Positions 19,264 to 29,027 are shown, numbered from the stretch's first letter. The stretch: 64,000 nucleotides of DNA from Candidatus Latescibacterota bacterium (GCA_965223905.1 CBDCXV010000001.1:672001-736000), one strand, 5' to 3'. A program made the numbers and translations. Notes: generated from the sequence alone by a model not told the origin.

Positions 19264-22200
19264 CTATTCCAGCACGATAGAAGTGGGACCGGCCACTCCG
19301 GTTACGAGGTCCTGGATGTTGGAGCCGTCGAGGTCGGCACTCTGAATTCTGTCCGTCCCATTGTCCGTCCAGTACATCCTCCCACCGGCCAAATCCAGAG
19401 CTATCCCTCTGGGCTCACTCAGTCTGGTGACGAGGTCTTGGACATTGGAGCCGTCGAGGTTGGCGCGCTGAATCTTACGTGTGTCCGAATCCGCCCAGTA
19501 CATTTTTTCTCCGGCCAAATCCAAGGCCAATCTATCGGGAACAAGAAAACCGGTGGTGACGAGGTCTTGGACATTGGAGCCGTCGATGTTGGCTCGCTGG
19601 ATCTTGTCCGTTCCTTGGTCAATCCAGTACATCTTGCTATCTGAAATATCCAGGGCAATTCCCCTGGGTCTGTCCAATCCGGTGGTGACGAGGTCTTCCA
19701 CATTGGAGCCGTCAAGGTTGGCCCGTTGGATTTTGTCCGTATCGAGGTCTGTCCAATACATCCTTCCTCCCGGCACATCCAACGCCAACCCCACGGGATA
19801 GCTCAATCCTGTAATGATAAGGTCCTGAATATTCGAGCCGTCGAGGTTGGCCCGTTGAATCTTGTCTGTGCCCTGGTCGGTCCAGTACATTTTCCTCCCT
19901 GCTGAATCCAGGGCCATATCGATGGGCTCACTCAAACCGGTCGTGACGAGGTCTTCGACGTTGGAGCCGTCGATGTCCGCCCGTTGGATCTTGTCCCAGC
20001 TTCCCGCGTTCGTCCAGTACATCTTCAACTTTCCTGATACTTTGAAGGTATAGGTCCGGAGAACCTCTTGGTCCGAGGCCCGCCGCAGCTCAACAGTGGC
20101 TTGGCCCGGTTCGCACCCGGCCAGGTAGACTGTCTGGCCGTTCTGGCGCGTCATGCTGTCCTCTTGTTCCCCCGGGCATTCGTTGAAAGCTTCGCTTGAT
20201 TCAGCTACCAGCATTCGCGTCTCGGTCCCTGTCGGGTTGGCCACCACGGTGATCGGCTCGCTGGCCCGGACCGTAAACCGGTGCTTGGTGCCGTCCCAGG
20301 CAAAGGTCGCCTCGGACGGGTTCGGTGAGAGCAAGGCGACGGGAGAATCCAGGGCCAGCCCCAGGGGCGCGCTCGATTCGCTGCTGAGGAGGTCTTCGAC
20401 GTCGGATCCGTCCAGGTCCGCCCGCTGGATTTTATTGGTGCCCGAGTCCGTCCAGTAGATCTTGCCTGCCTCTACATCCAGAGCGAGCCCCTTGGGAATA
20501 CTCAATCCTGTAGTGACGAGGTCTTCAACCTGGGAGCCGTCGAGATTGGCCCGCTGGATTTTATCGGTGCTGAAGTCGGTCCAGTAGATCTTGCCGGCCT
20601 CCGCATCCAGGGCCAGCCCCTCGGGACTGCTCAATCCGGTGGTGACCAGGTCCTGGATCTGGGAGCCGTCGAGGTTGGCCCGCTGGATCTTGTTGGTGCC
20701 GTAGTCCGACCAGTAGATCTTGCCCCCGTCAGCATCCAGGGCCAACCCCTCGGGACTGTGCAAACCAAGGGAGACCAGGTTTTCGACCCGGGACCCGTCG
20801 AGGTTTGCCCGCCGGATTTTATTGGAGCCCGAGTCCGTCCAGTAGATTTTTCCCGCGTCCACATCCAGGGCGAGCCCGGCGGGTCTTATCAATCCGGAAG
20901 TGATCAGGTCTTCTACCTGGGAGCCGTCCAGCTCTGCCCGCCGGATTTTTCGTGCGCCCTGGTCGGTCCAGTACATCTTGCCTTCCTGCATATTCAGGGC
21001 CATCCCCCTCGGGGAACCGAAGGTGATGAGGTCTTCGACATGGGAGCCGTCGCGGTCGGCGCGTTGAATCTTGTCCCTGCTCGTCCAGTAGATCTTCGAC
21101 ACCCCTGTACCGGGCGTCGCCGAAGGGGATTCCTCGATCGTGAAAGAATAGGTGCGGAGGAGCGTCTGGTCCGAAGCCCGCCGTAGTTGCACCGTCGCCC
21201 GCCCCGCGGAACACCCGGCGAGGTAGATCGCTTCGCCGTCCTGGCGGGCAACCTCGTCTTCGGATTCGGCCGGGCACAGGTTGGATGCAGAGCCGGTGTC
21301 GGTGCTCTCGACTCGCGGGGTGGACTCACTGGGGTTGGCCACCACGACGATCGGCTCGCCGGCCTGGACCGTGAACTCGCGCCACTTTCCGTCGTTTTCG
21401 AAGACAACCGTGGACGGGTCAGGCAACAGCGTGGTCGCCCCAGGGCCCTGCCCACCGGCAGCTGAAATTTCCAAGGCCAGCCCGTAGGCAACGCTTTGTC
21501 CGGTGACGAGGTCCTCGACGTTGGACCCGTCGAGGTTCGCTCGTTGAATCTTGTCCGTGTCCGAGTCGGCCCAGTACATCTTACCCGCCGCCAAATCCAG
21601 GGCCAGCTCCTCGGGCTGAAGCAATCCAGTGGTAACGAGGTCTTCGACATTGGACCCGTCGACATTTGCACGTTGAATCTTGTCCGTTCCCGAATCGGTC
21701 CAGTACATCTTGCCTGCCCCCAGATCCAGGGCCAACCCCGAAGGGCCATCCAGTCCAGTGGTGACGAGGTCTTCGACATTTGACCCGTCGAGGTTGGCCC
21801 GTTGGATCCGGTCCGTCCCGACGGTCATCCAGTACATCTTGCCTGCGGAAACATCCAGGGCCAGCCCCTCGGGCTGACGCCCGGTGTTGACGAGGTCTTC
21901 GACGTTGGACCCGTCGAAGTTTGCCCGTTGGATCTTGGCCGTACTATGGTCTAGCCAGTACATCTTTCCTGTCGACACGTCCAAGGCCAGGCTAAGGGGA
22001 TGAACCAATCCGGTAGTGACGAGGTCTTCGACGTTGGATCCGTCGAGGTTGGCCCGTTGGAGCTTGTCGGTGCCCCGGTCGAGCCAGTACATCTTTCCCC
22101 CCGCCGCATCCATGGCCAGCCCCCTGGGATTGATTAATCCGGTAGTGACGAGGTCTTCGACGTTGGACCCGTCGAGGTTGGCACGTTGAATCCTTGGCGG

Positions 22201-23184
22201 CCCCTCTGCCGTCCAGTACATCTTCAGCGGTTCCCCACCGGGCGTTACCGGCGTACCTGTTTCCGCCAACACGTAGAGGGTGAGGATGAGTACCAGGTCG
22301 GTGGAATCAATCAGGCCGTCGCTGTTTACGTCTCCACGGGATATATCGCCGTTGTTGGGGATAACGATGGAGCTGTCGAGTATGTACAGGGCCACCAGGA
22401 GCGCGTCGACGATATCGACCCGGCCGTTATTGTCCACGTCGCCCAACAGGCCGCTCGCTGTAACCTTCCCCCGAGGCGCGCTGGCCTCCTCGACAACGAG
22501 GTCCACCGGCCCCGTGCCTGTCTGAACCCGAAAGGCCGGGTCCACATAGGTGACAAGCCCCCGACCGGATACGGTCAGGCCATGGACCGGGGCGACCGGC
22601 GGCGCTTCGCCCTTTGCCGGCATACTTCCCGATGACGCGTTCGGGGGGAGCACTCCCGCATGCCCATCCACCAGCACCATACGATGGGTGGCGCTCTTCC
22701 CTCCACCTTGCAGCCGGTAGAGGTATACCCCGGATCCAACCGGGCGGCCTGCGGCATTTCTGCCGTCCCAATGCGCGGTGTGTGAGCCGGCGGTCCGGTC
22801 CCCGTCCACCAGGGTCGCTACCCGTTGGCCAAGCAGGTTGAAGATCTCCAGCCGCACGTGGGTCGAGACCGGCAGTTGAAACGGGATGATGGTGGAAGGA
22901 TTGAAGGGATTGGGGTAGTTCTGCCCCAGGGAAAATCGTTCCGGCAAGGCCGGCGCGGCAGGTTCCGCGGATAGCGCAAACCAGCCGGTTTCATCCGTTG
23001 TTGCGGCGGCCACTCGCCGAAGGCCGGTCAGGTCGAAGAGCATGACTTGGGCTCCAGACGCGGGCTGACCGGAGGTTAGCTTTACCCAACCCCGGACAAC
23101 CGGCTCGGCCCCGGCACGAAGGGCGGATATAAGTCCGATGACAGTCAGACAGCAAATAAGCCGACTAAGGACGGTTGTCTTCAC
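19264..23184 (-). CDS. Secreted protein: FlgD/T9SS-CTD-like domain, dockerin, and three six-bladed YWTD (LDL-receptor class B) propellers
   Basis: Signal peptide; QNYPNPFNP..SGVYLYRL; GDVDNNGRVDIVD/GDVNSDGLIDSTD; 18 KMYWTD-type repeats in 3 blocks. Confidence 0.88.
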   Translation of the reverse strand: MKTTVLSRLICCLTVIGLISALRAGAEPVVRGWVKLTSGQPASGAQVMLFDLTGLRRVAAATTDETGWFALSAEPAAPALPERFSLGQNYPNPFNPSTIIPFQLPVSTHVRLEIFNLLGQRVATLVDGDRTAGSHTAHWDGRNAAGRPVGSGVYLYRLQGGGKSATHRMVLVDGHAGVLPPNASSGSMPAKGEAPPVAPVHGLTVSGRGLVTYVDPAFRVQTGTGPVDLVVEEASAPRGKVTASGLLGDVDNNGRVDIVDALLVALYILDSSIVIPNNGDISRGDVNSDGLIDSTDLVLILTLYVLAETGTPVTPGGEPLKMYWTAEGPPRIQRANLDGSNVEDLVTTGLINPRGLAMDAAGGKMYWLDRGTDKLQRANLDGSNVEDLVTTGLVHPLSLALDVSTGKMYWLDHSTAKIQRANFDGSNVEDLVNTGRQPEGLALDVSAGKMYWMTVGTDRIQRANLDGSNVEDLVTTGLDGPSGLALDLGAGKMYWTDSGTDKIQRANVDGSNVEDLVTTGLLQPEELALDLAAGKMYWADSDTDKIQRANLDGSNVEDLVTGQSVAYGLALEISAAGGQGPGATTLLPDPSTVVFENDGKWREFTVQAGEPIVVVANPSESTPRVESTDTGSASNLCPAESEDEVARQDGEAIYLAGCSAGRATVQLRRASDQTLLRTYSFTIEESPSATPGTGVSKIYWTSRDKIQRADRDGSHVEDLITFGSPRGMALNMQEGKMYWTDQGARKIRRAELDGSQVEDLITSGLIRPAGLALDVDAGKIYWTDSGSNKIRRANLDGSRVENLVSLGLHSPEGLALDADGGKIYWSDYGTNKIQRANLDGSQIQDLVTTGLSSPEGLALDAEAGKIYWTDFSTDKIQRANLDGSQVEDLVTTGLSIPKGLALDVEAGKIYWTDSGTNKIQRADLDGSDVEDLLSSESSAPLGLALDSPVALLSPNPSEATFAWDGTKHRFTVRASEPITVVANPTGTETRMLVAESSEAFNECPGEQEDSMTRQNGQTVYLAGCEPGQATVELRRASDQEVLRTYTFKVSGKLKMYWTNAGSWDKIQRADIDGSNVEDLVTTGLSEPIDMALDSAGRKMYWTDQGTDKIQRANLDGSNIQDLIITGLSYPVGLALDVPGGRMYWTDLDTDKIQRANLDGSNVEDLVTTGLDRPRGIALDISDSKMYWIDQGTDKIQRANIDGSNVQDLVTTGFLVPDRLALDLAGEKMYWADSDTRKIQRANLDGSNVQDLVTRLSEPRGIALDLAGGRMYWTDNGTDRIQSADLDGSNIQDLVTGVAGPTSIVLE
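19270..22225 (-). repeat. Intragenic ~129-nt (43-aa) YWTD repeat arrays, 3 x 6 units
   Basis: Recurrent ccagtacatctt / gacgaggtcttcgacgttgga / ccgtcgaggttggcccg motifs. Confidence 0.9.
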
Positions 23185-23492
23185 GACGTCTCCTCATTGG
23201 TTGTGTATTCCCCCAAAACCAGTTTGGATTGGATGAACCGCCGTGCCGAGAATAGTATACTAAAGCAATGAGAGAAATTTCGGTGGTAAGATCTTGTTGG
23301 TGATTCGAGGAGACGGTGGGGCGCCTTTGCTGGGAGCGACCCTCCCTTTAAATTCCTTACTGGCTATATCTGTCAGGACTGTCGGAAAATCCGAAAGGGG
23401 TCAATAGCTAGGCCTTGGGGGTGAAATGTTAACATTGTATCGTTTTATAGGATACCACGACCTGTTGTGTACTCACTTACTTGGGGACTGAA

Positions 23493-24158
23493 ATGAACCA
23501 ACCTGTTTTGCACGCTCCCGGAGAATCGTACTACACACACACACGTTTGGACATCATCTCGATGCTGGACCCGATTCCAGAAACGGTCCTGGAGGTCGGA
23601 TGCGGCGCTGGAAATACCCTCCGGTATCTGAAGGAACAGGGTGCTCGGGCTACATTCGGCATCGAGCTACACAGGACCGTAGCGGAAACAGCGATGAACA
23701 ATGTGGACCACGTCGCAGTAGGGGACATCGAGTCGATGGGATGGCCGTTCTCCGGCCAGATTTTCGACTGTATCATTTTTGGCGACGTTCTGGAGCATCT
23801 CCGCGATCCCTGGAAGGTGGTAAAAAATCTTTCGGAATCCCTTGCCGTCGGTGGTCAGGTAGTAGCCAGTCTTCCCAACGTGCGTTTCTACGGCGTTTCC
23901 TTCCCGCTTCTATTCGGAGGCCGATGGACCTATACCGAAGAGGGAATTCTCGACCGCACGCATTTACGATTTTTTACTCGAAAAACTGCCGTCGAATTGA
24001 TCTCGGAAAGTGGATTGGTGGTCCGAAAAGTTTCCTCCAACTACGGACCAAAGAGACACCTGCTTAACCGATTGACCATTGGAGCCTTTCGCAACCTTCT
24101 CGCTCGCCAGCATCTGGTTCATGCTTACAAGGCCGGACAATCCGCAATTGAGCAATGA
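23493..24158 (+). CDS. Class I SAM-dependent methyltransferase (glycan-locus type)
   Basis: VLEVGCGAG, FDCIIFGDVLEHLRDPW, GILDRTHLRFFT. Confidence 0.88.
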   Translation: MNQPVLHAPGESYYTHTRLDIISMLDPIPETVLEVGCGAGNTLRYLKEQGARATFGIELHRTVAETAMNNVDHVAVGDIESMGWPFSGQIFDCIIFGDVLEHLRDPWKVVKNLSESLAVGGQVVASLPNVRFYGVSFPLLFGGRWTYTEEGILDRTHLRFFTRKTAVELISESGLVVRKVSSNYGPKRHLLNRLTIGAFRNLLARQHLVHAYKAGQSAIEQ

Positions 24159-24244
24159 GGTAACCTTGAAACCAATCCAAATTTGCAAGAACAGTTTGGA
24201 AATTGAGATGGAGATCATGGCGTTGGGACCTGTAACTTGGAATT

Positions 24245-24277
24245 ACCAGACCGCCGGTCGCTACGCAGTCCAGTGGG
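24245..24277 (+). repeat. 33-bp exact copy of 42212-42244 (CTD-coding part of the large surface protein gene)
   Basis: accagaccgccggtcgctacgcagtccagtggg is present at both positions. Confidence 0.9.
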
Positions 24278-24283
24278 GACGAT

Positions 24284-25432
24284 TTACCCGGAAATTGCCT
24301 CCAACCAATTTTCCGCATTTTTCTCGACGGCGAAATCGATTGCTTTCTCTCTCCCACGCGTGCCGAATTGAACTCTCAAATCGTTGTCCAGAATAAGACA
24401 TTCGAGCTTGTGATACAATGACTTATCGTCTTTTTGGGGAATAATGAATCCGCTGGCACCGTCTTCCACCAACTCTTTCGGACCCACGCAATCGGTTGCT
24501 ACGCAGGGAAGGCCGCATGCCATTGCCTCGATCAAGGCCATTCCGAAAAACTCCTGCCAGCCATCGATTTCAAATGAATTCAGTACGAAAATATCGGATG
24601 ACTGGTATTCCCTGATTAAATCCTTCTCATCTGCCAAGTAACCTTTACAGGAAATCCCTTTCTTGTCTTTCATATTCTGCAACTCAGGGCCGTCTCCGAC
24701 GATGGTCAACTCCAGGTGAGGATACTTTCCGAGCAACGACTCGAAAACCCTGGAAAGTTCCATGACTCCCTTTTCCTTCACGACCCTGCCAACGTATAAT
24801 AATCTTAAATTCGTCACCTGCCTGTTTCTCGCGGGGACAAAGAGACGGATGTCCACACTATGGGGAATATGCCTTGCGTTTACCCCTATTCTGGAGAGTT
24901 CATCCGCGCCTTTTTTAGTCACCGCTACTGCTTTCAGACAGTTCAGGAATAACCCCCAAATTTGTCTGGAGCCCAATATTGGCCTATGGACATAGTTTCC
25001 ATCACTCCAATATGGCCAGGAAGTAAAATAGACCACGTTTTTTCCCAACATTTTCAACAGTAGAAAAAAGGGACCCATGATGGAGTAAGGGGCAATAGCG
25101 ACGATGATGTTCCTTCTCCGCAACAGGCGCAAAGGATATAAAAGACTATTCAGGAGCTCACTCCAGGTAGGTTCTTTTTTGCGCGGAGTTCGCCCGCTTA
25201 ACTTTTTGACGAGCAACCTGGCGATGGGAGAACGATACCACAATTTTATTACGAACCATTCGAGCCCTTTATGATCGAACCACTCGAGTTCGATTTTTTT
25301 ATTGGCCGCCAGATGAAGCAAAGATCTGTAATAGCTGTTCAAGGGCGCTTCTCGAAAAATGGCCACTTTCTTCATGGTTTCTCGCTGGTGACTGGAATCG
25401 TCCACTACGATTTCTGCTCCGACATCATTCAT
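24284..25432 (-). CDS. GT4 family glycosyltransferase (AT-rich; alternative start 25375)
   Basis: LLYVGRVVKEKGV, IVGDGPE, EFFGMALIEAMACGLPCVATD. Confidence 0.88.
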   Translation of the reverse strand: MNDVGAEIVVDDSSHQRETMKKVAIFREAPLNSYYRSLLHLAANKKIELEWFDHKGLEWFVIKLWYRSPIARLLVKKLSGRTPRKKEPTWSELLNSLLYPLRLLRRRNIIVAIAPYSIMGPFFLLLKMLGKNVVYFTSWPYWSDGNYVHRPILGSRQIWGLFLNCLKAVAVTKKGADELSRIGVNARHIPHSVDIRLFVPARNRQVTNLRLLYVGRVVKEKGVMELSRVFESLLGKYPHLELTIVGDGPELQNMKDKKGISCKGYLADEKDLIREYQSSDIFVLNSFEIDGWQEFFGMALIEAMACGLPCVATDCVGPKELVEDGASGFIIPQKDDKSLYHKLECLILDNDLRVQFGTRGREKAIDFAVEKNAENWLEAISG

Positions 25433-26902
25433 CTATTCATTCCGGTCCCGGTCGTTTCTGAAAACCTCACGGAGTGTGCGAAGTTCATTAAGGAGAGTCC
25501 CTCCTTCCAGGGCGACGAGGGACGCGCCGTAGGCAAACGCGAAAATGGCGACTCCCAGTACCAAGGCCGGGAGATCGGGGAAACCTTCGATGGACGAATC
25601 TGCGGTGAAGCGCAAGGCCGTGGCCGCGGCCGCCGCTAGCAGGGGAGGAGCAATGCTGCGTATCCAGGGCACGTCGACATAGCGGGTGCAGCGTCGCAGG
25701 GCGAGGACAGTACCGACCAGGGCTGTCAGGTTCATCGCCATGGCGGTGCCTGCAATTGCGAATTCCCGTGTAAGGAGGGGAGCTGAAACTAGAAGGAGGG
25801 CGGCCTGGACGGCGACGAGGGCAGCGAATCCCCGGGGATCCCCGATGCTGCGCAGCAGCGCCTGAACCGCTTCCAGAAGAGGGCGGCACAGAGAATAGAG
25901 GAGCAGGAAACGCAGGATGGGGACCATCGGCAGCCAGGTTTCCCCCAGGAGGAGGCGGGTGATAACGGGGATCTCGATAGCGAGCAGAATGGATAGGGGT
26001 ACTGCGGACCGCAGGATCCATCTCAGGGTACGTCGAAAGGAACCCGAAAGCAGTTGCCGGTCCTGATGATGGCGAGCAAATACGGCGATCATGACTCCGA
26101 TGAGGGCGTGGGTGAGGGCTCCCGTGGGGAGTTGGGCGAAGACGTGGGCGCGTTCGTAAAACCCCAGGGTCCTGACGTCGAGCAGGGCGTCCGCAACGAC
26201 CCGGTCGAAATTCAGGAGGAATGTCTGGAAGATTCCCCCGAGCCAGATCCACGCTCCATATCGGAACAGGCGACGGGCTTCGCCCGGGTTGAAATCCGAG
26301 AGGCGGAAGCGCAGCGGAGAGCGGCGGTGCCAGACCACGGCGCAATACACGAAGACGTAACCGATTCCGTAGATGGAGTGACTGAGAATCAGGGCCCAGA
26401 TCCCGGCGCCTGCATAGGCCGCGGCGATTCCTGCTGCCGCGGCGGCGATCAGGGCCAAGGCATGGGCACCTGCGAGAAAGCTGAATTCGAGGTCTCGTCT
26501 GAGTTGGGTTTCCGCCGTCTGCGCGGTTGCCCGGAAAAGATCGAAAGCGGCGAAGACGGCCAGCGCCGTTGCCACGCTGCGGCCGTAGTGGCCGTCCACG
26601 AAGAGAGCGGCAAAGGCGATGGCCCCGAGGGTCCCGAGGGCTCCCAGGCTGGTATTGAGAATGAAGTGGGTGGGCGCGAGTTCGTGGACGCGATCGTGGC
26701 GGTGCAGCAGGGCGTTGTGGAGACCGAAGCTGCGCAGGGAAATCACAAAGGCGAGAAGGGAGGCGGCCAGGGCGACGTGGCCGAAGTCCTCCGGAGCGAG
26801 CTCGCGGGTAATGATGAAGATGGCGATCCAGTTGACGAACCGGCCCGCGTAGGCGCTGCTCAGGGTGTGGACCGCGCCCCGTGCAATCCGCCTGAGCGCC
26901 AT
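25433..26902 (-). CDS. Wzx-type oligosaccharide flippase
   Basis: Multi-TM protein; RELAPEDFGHVALA, LGFYERA, LLGETWLPMVPILR. Confidence 0.85.
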   Translation of the reverse strand: MALRRIARGAVHTLSSAYAGRFVNWIAIFIITRELAPEDFGHVALAASLLAFVISLRSFGLHNALLHRHDRVHELAPTHFILNTSLGALGTLGAIAFAALFVDGHYGRSVATALAVFAAFDLFRATAQTAETQLRRDLEFSFLAGAHALALIAAAAAGIAAAYAGAGIWALILSHSIYGIGYVFVYCAVVWHRRSPLRFRLSDFNPGEARRLFRYGAWIWLGGIFQTFLLNFDRVVADALLDVRTLGFYERAHVFAQLPTGALTHALIGVMIAVFARHHQDRQLLSGSFRRTLRWILRSAVPLSILLAIEIPVITRLLLGETWLPMVPILRFLLLYSLCRPLLEAVQALLRSIGDPRGFAALVAVQAALLLVSAPLLTREFAIAGTAMAMNLTALVGTVLALRRCTRYVDVPWIRSIAPPLLAAAAATALRFTADSSIEGFPDLPALVLGVAIFAFAYGASLVALEGGTLLNELRTLREVFRNDRDRNE

Positions 26903-27079
26903 CTCCTCCCTGTCGTCTACGGACTGCAAGTTTTCTGCCTGCTTTTCCCCATATCGGTTTCTTGGCCCGGAATCGCCGCTGTTCCTAAATTATAAGCCCA
27001 TATAGATAATAAAGTTACGGCACTTCCTGGGATTTCCTGGACTCGGTGTAACGGGCGGCGTTTCGGAAGGTGAGAAAAC

Positions 27080-28084
27080 ATGGGCAAGGTTCTGGTGACC
27101 GGCGGGGCAGGTTTCATCGGCACCCACCTGGTACGTCAGTTGAGCTCTGCGGGCCGCGAGGTCCGCATTCTCGACAACTTCGACCCCCAGGTCCACGGGG
27201 AGCGCAAACACCGCTACGGCACCGAGACAGCCGAGCACGTCACTGGCGACGTGCGCGACCCGGACATGGTGGCGAAATGTCTCGACGGCGTCGACCGCGT
27301 CGTGCACCTGGCGGCCGCGGTCGGGGTCGGCCAGTCGATGTACGAGGTGAAGTACTACGTCGACGTCAACTGCAACGGGACCGCGGTCCTCTGGGAGGAG
27401 ATCCTCAAGCTCCGCGACCGCATCGAGAAAGTGGTCGTGGCCTCCTCCATGTCGATATACGGGGAGGGAGATCCCGGCTTCACCGGCGAGAGCCACCCGC
27501 TTCGCCCGACGTCGGTCTACGCCGTCACCAAGCGGGACCAGGAGGAGATCTCCCTTTCCCTGGGACGTGCCTACGGCATTCCGACCGTCGCCCTCAGGTT
27601 TTTCAACGTCTACGGCCCCGGGCAGTCTCTGAACAATCCCTACACCGGGGTGGCGGCTATCTTCGCCTCGCAGCTGTTGAACGGTCAGGCGCCCGTCATC
27701 TTCGGCGACGGCACCCAGACCCGCGATTTCGTTCATGTACGGGACATCGTCCAGGGGATTACGCTTGCTCTCGACAGTAGCTGCCCGAGCGACGCCTACA
27801 ACGTCGGAACCGGTGCGGCCACCTCGATACTCGATCTTGCAGGACGTCTCGCCGGGGCGCTCGGTTTCAACGGAAAGATGGGACCGAGCGGCCGCGTCCG
27901 GGCCGGGGACGTCATCCACTGCGTCGCCGACATCGCCAGAATCGAGAAGGCCCTCGGTTTCGCGCCACAGGTGACCCTCGACGCAGGACTGCAGGATCTC
28001 ATTTCCTGGGCGGGTGACCAGCAGGCGGAGGACCGCGTTGCCGGCGCCGTGGGGGAGCTGGAATCGCGTGGACTTCTCGAGTAG
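27080..28084 (+). CDS. NDP-sugar epimerase/dehydratase
   Basis: VLVTGGAGFIG, VHLAAAVGVGQSM, ASSMSIYGEG, YAVTK, LRFFNVYGPGQ, RDFVHV. Confidence 0.9.
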   Translation: MGKVLVTGGAGFIGTHLVRQLSSAGREVRILDNFDPQVHGERKHRYGTETAEHVTGDVRDPDMVAKCLDGVDRVVHLAAAVGVGQSMYEVKYYVDVNCNGTAVLWEEILKLRDRIEKVVVASSMSIYGEGDPGFTGESHPLRPTSVYAVTKRDQEEISLSLGRAYGIPTVALRFFNVYGPGQSLNNPYTGVAAIFASQLLNGQAPVIFGDGTQTRDFVHVRDIVQGITLALDSSCPSDAYNVGTGAATSILDLAGRLAGALGFNGKMGPSGRVRAGDVIHCVADIARIEKALGFAPQVTLDAGLQDLISWAGDQQAEDRVAGAVGELESRGLLE

Positions 28085-28087
28085 CGG

Positions 28088-28912
28088 ATGAGCCGGATGC
28101 CGGAAGTCTCCATCGTTATCGTCAACAATAATACCGGGGAGTACGTGGGGCAGTGTCTGACGTCGATCCGCGACAACGGCGATGTCGACGCGGAGGTGAT
28201 CGTGGTCGAGAACGCTTCCGAGGACGGCAGCGGGGAAGTGCTGCGGCAGTTCCCCGAAGCAAGGGTGATCGCCAACGAGGAGAAGCTCGGGTTCAGCCAG
28301 AACAACAACCTCGGCGCCGAGGTCGGCACTGCCCCGCTTCTGCTGTTCCTCAACCCGGATACCGAGACGCCTCCGGGTAGTCTGCGGGCGATGCTCGACA
28401 CTATCGCTTCCGACCAGGAAGTCGCCGTGTTCGGCGGCCGGTGCCTCGACGCCGACGGCGAGACCGAGCGCTCCACCGGGCGGGACCCCACCTTGACCAG
28501 CCTCGCCCTCGACCGCCTCCTTCCCAAGGCGCCCCCCCTGCAGCCGCTGCTTGAGCGGTTTTCCCAGAGGCACTACCGGGGCTTCGAAAGCGACCGCGAC
28601 GTCGATTGGGTGACCGGGGCGTACCTGTGGATCAGGACCGAGGTCTTCCACCGGATCGGGGGCTGGGACAGCTCCTTTCCCCTGTACTACGAAGATACCG
28701 ACCTTTGCCGGCGGGCCCGCAAGGCCGGATTCCGGGTGCGCTACACCTGCGCCTCGACGATCAACCACTACCGCAACAAGACGCCGATGCCGAGCGCCCA
28801 TCGCAAGAAGTTGATGCGAAACGGATTGCATATCTTCATACGCAAGCACTACGGGCCCTTCCGGCGGTGGCTGTACCCGCGCGTTCTCGGACTACCGCCG
28901 GTCGCGGACTGA
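28088..28912 (+). CDS. GT2 family glycosyltransferase (WbbL-like)
   Basis: VSIVIVN, VVENASEDGS, LFLNPDT, DWVTGA, YYEDTDLCRR. Confidence 0.88.
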   Translation: MSRMPEVSIVIVNNNTGEYVGQCLTSIRDNGDVDAEVIVVENASEDGSGEVLRQFPEARVIANEEKLGFSQNNNLGAEVGTAPLLLFLNPDTETPPGSLRAMLDTIASDQEVAVFGGRCLDADGETERSTGRDPTLTSLALDRLLPKAPPLQPLLERFSQRHYRGFESDRDVDWVTGAYLWIRTEVFHRIGGWDSSFPLYYEDTDLCRRARKAGFRVRYTCASTINHYRNKTPMPSAHRKKLMRNGLHIFIRKHYGPFRRWLYPRVLGLPPVAD

Positions 28913-29027
28913 AGCGGCGCGGCCACCCCCCACGGAAACGTAACCAACGGGTGTTCCGCTGCCCTTTTTATATTGATATAGGCCAAATGGATACAGTTCA
29001 GGCGAATCCCTTGATGAACCCCCGCCC

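Noticed and set aside
19270-22225. Regularly spaced repeats that superficially resemble a CRISPR array
   Set aside because: Units are ~129 nt, in frame, vary at third codon positions and encode YWTD blades; there are no unique spacers or cas genes
16380-25432. Prophage or IS-bounded mobile element
   Set aside because: No integrase, transposase, phage genes, tRNA attachment site or terminal repeats were recognised
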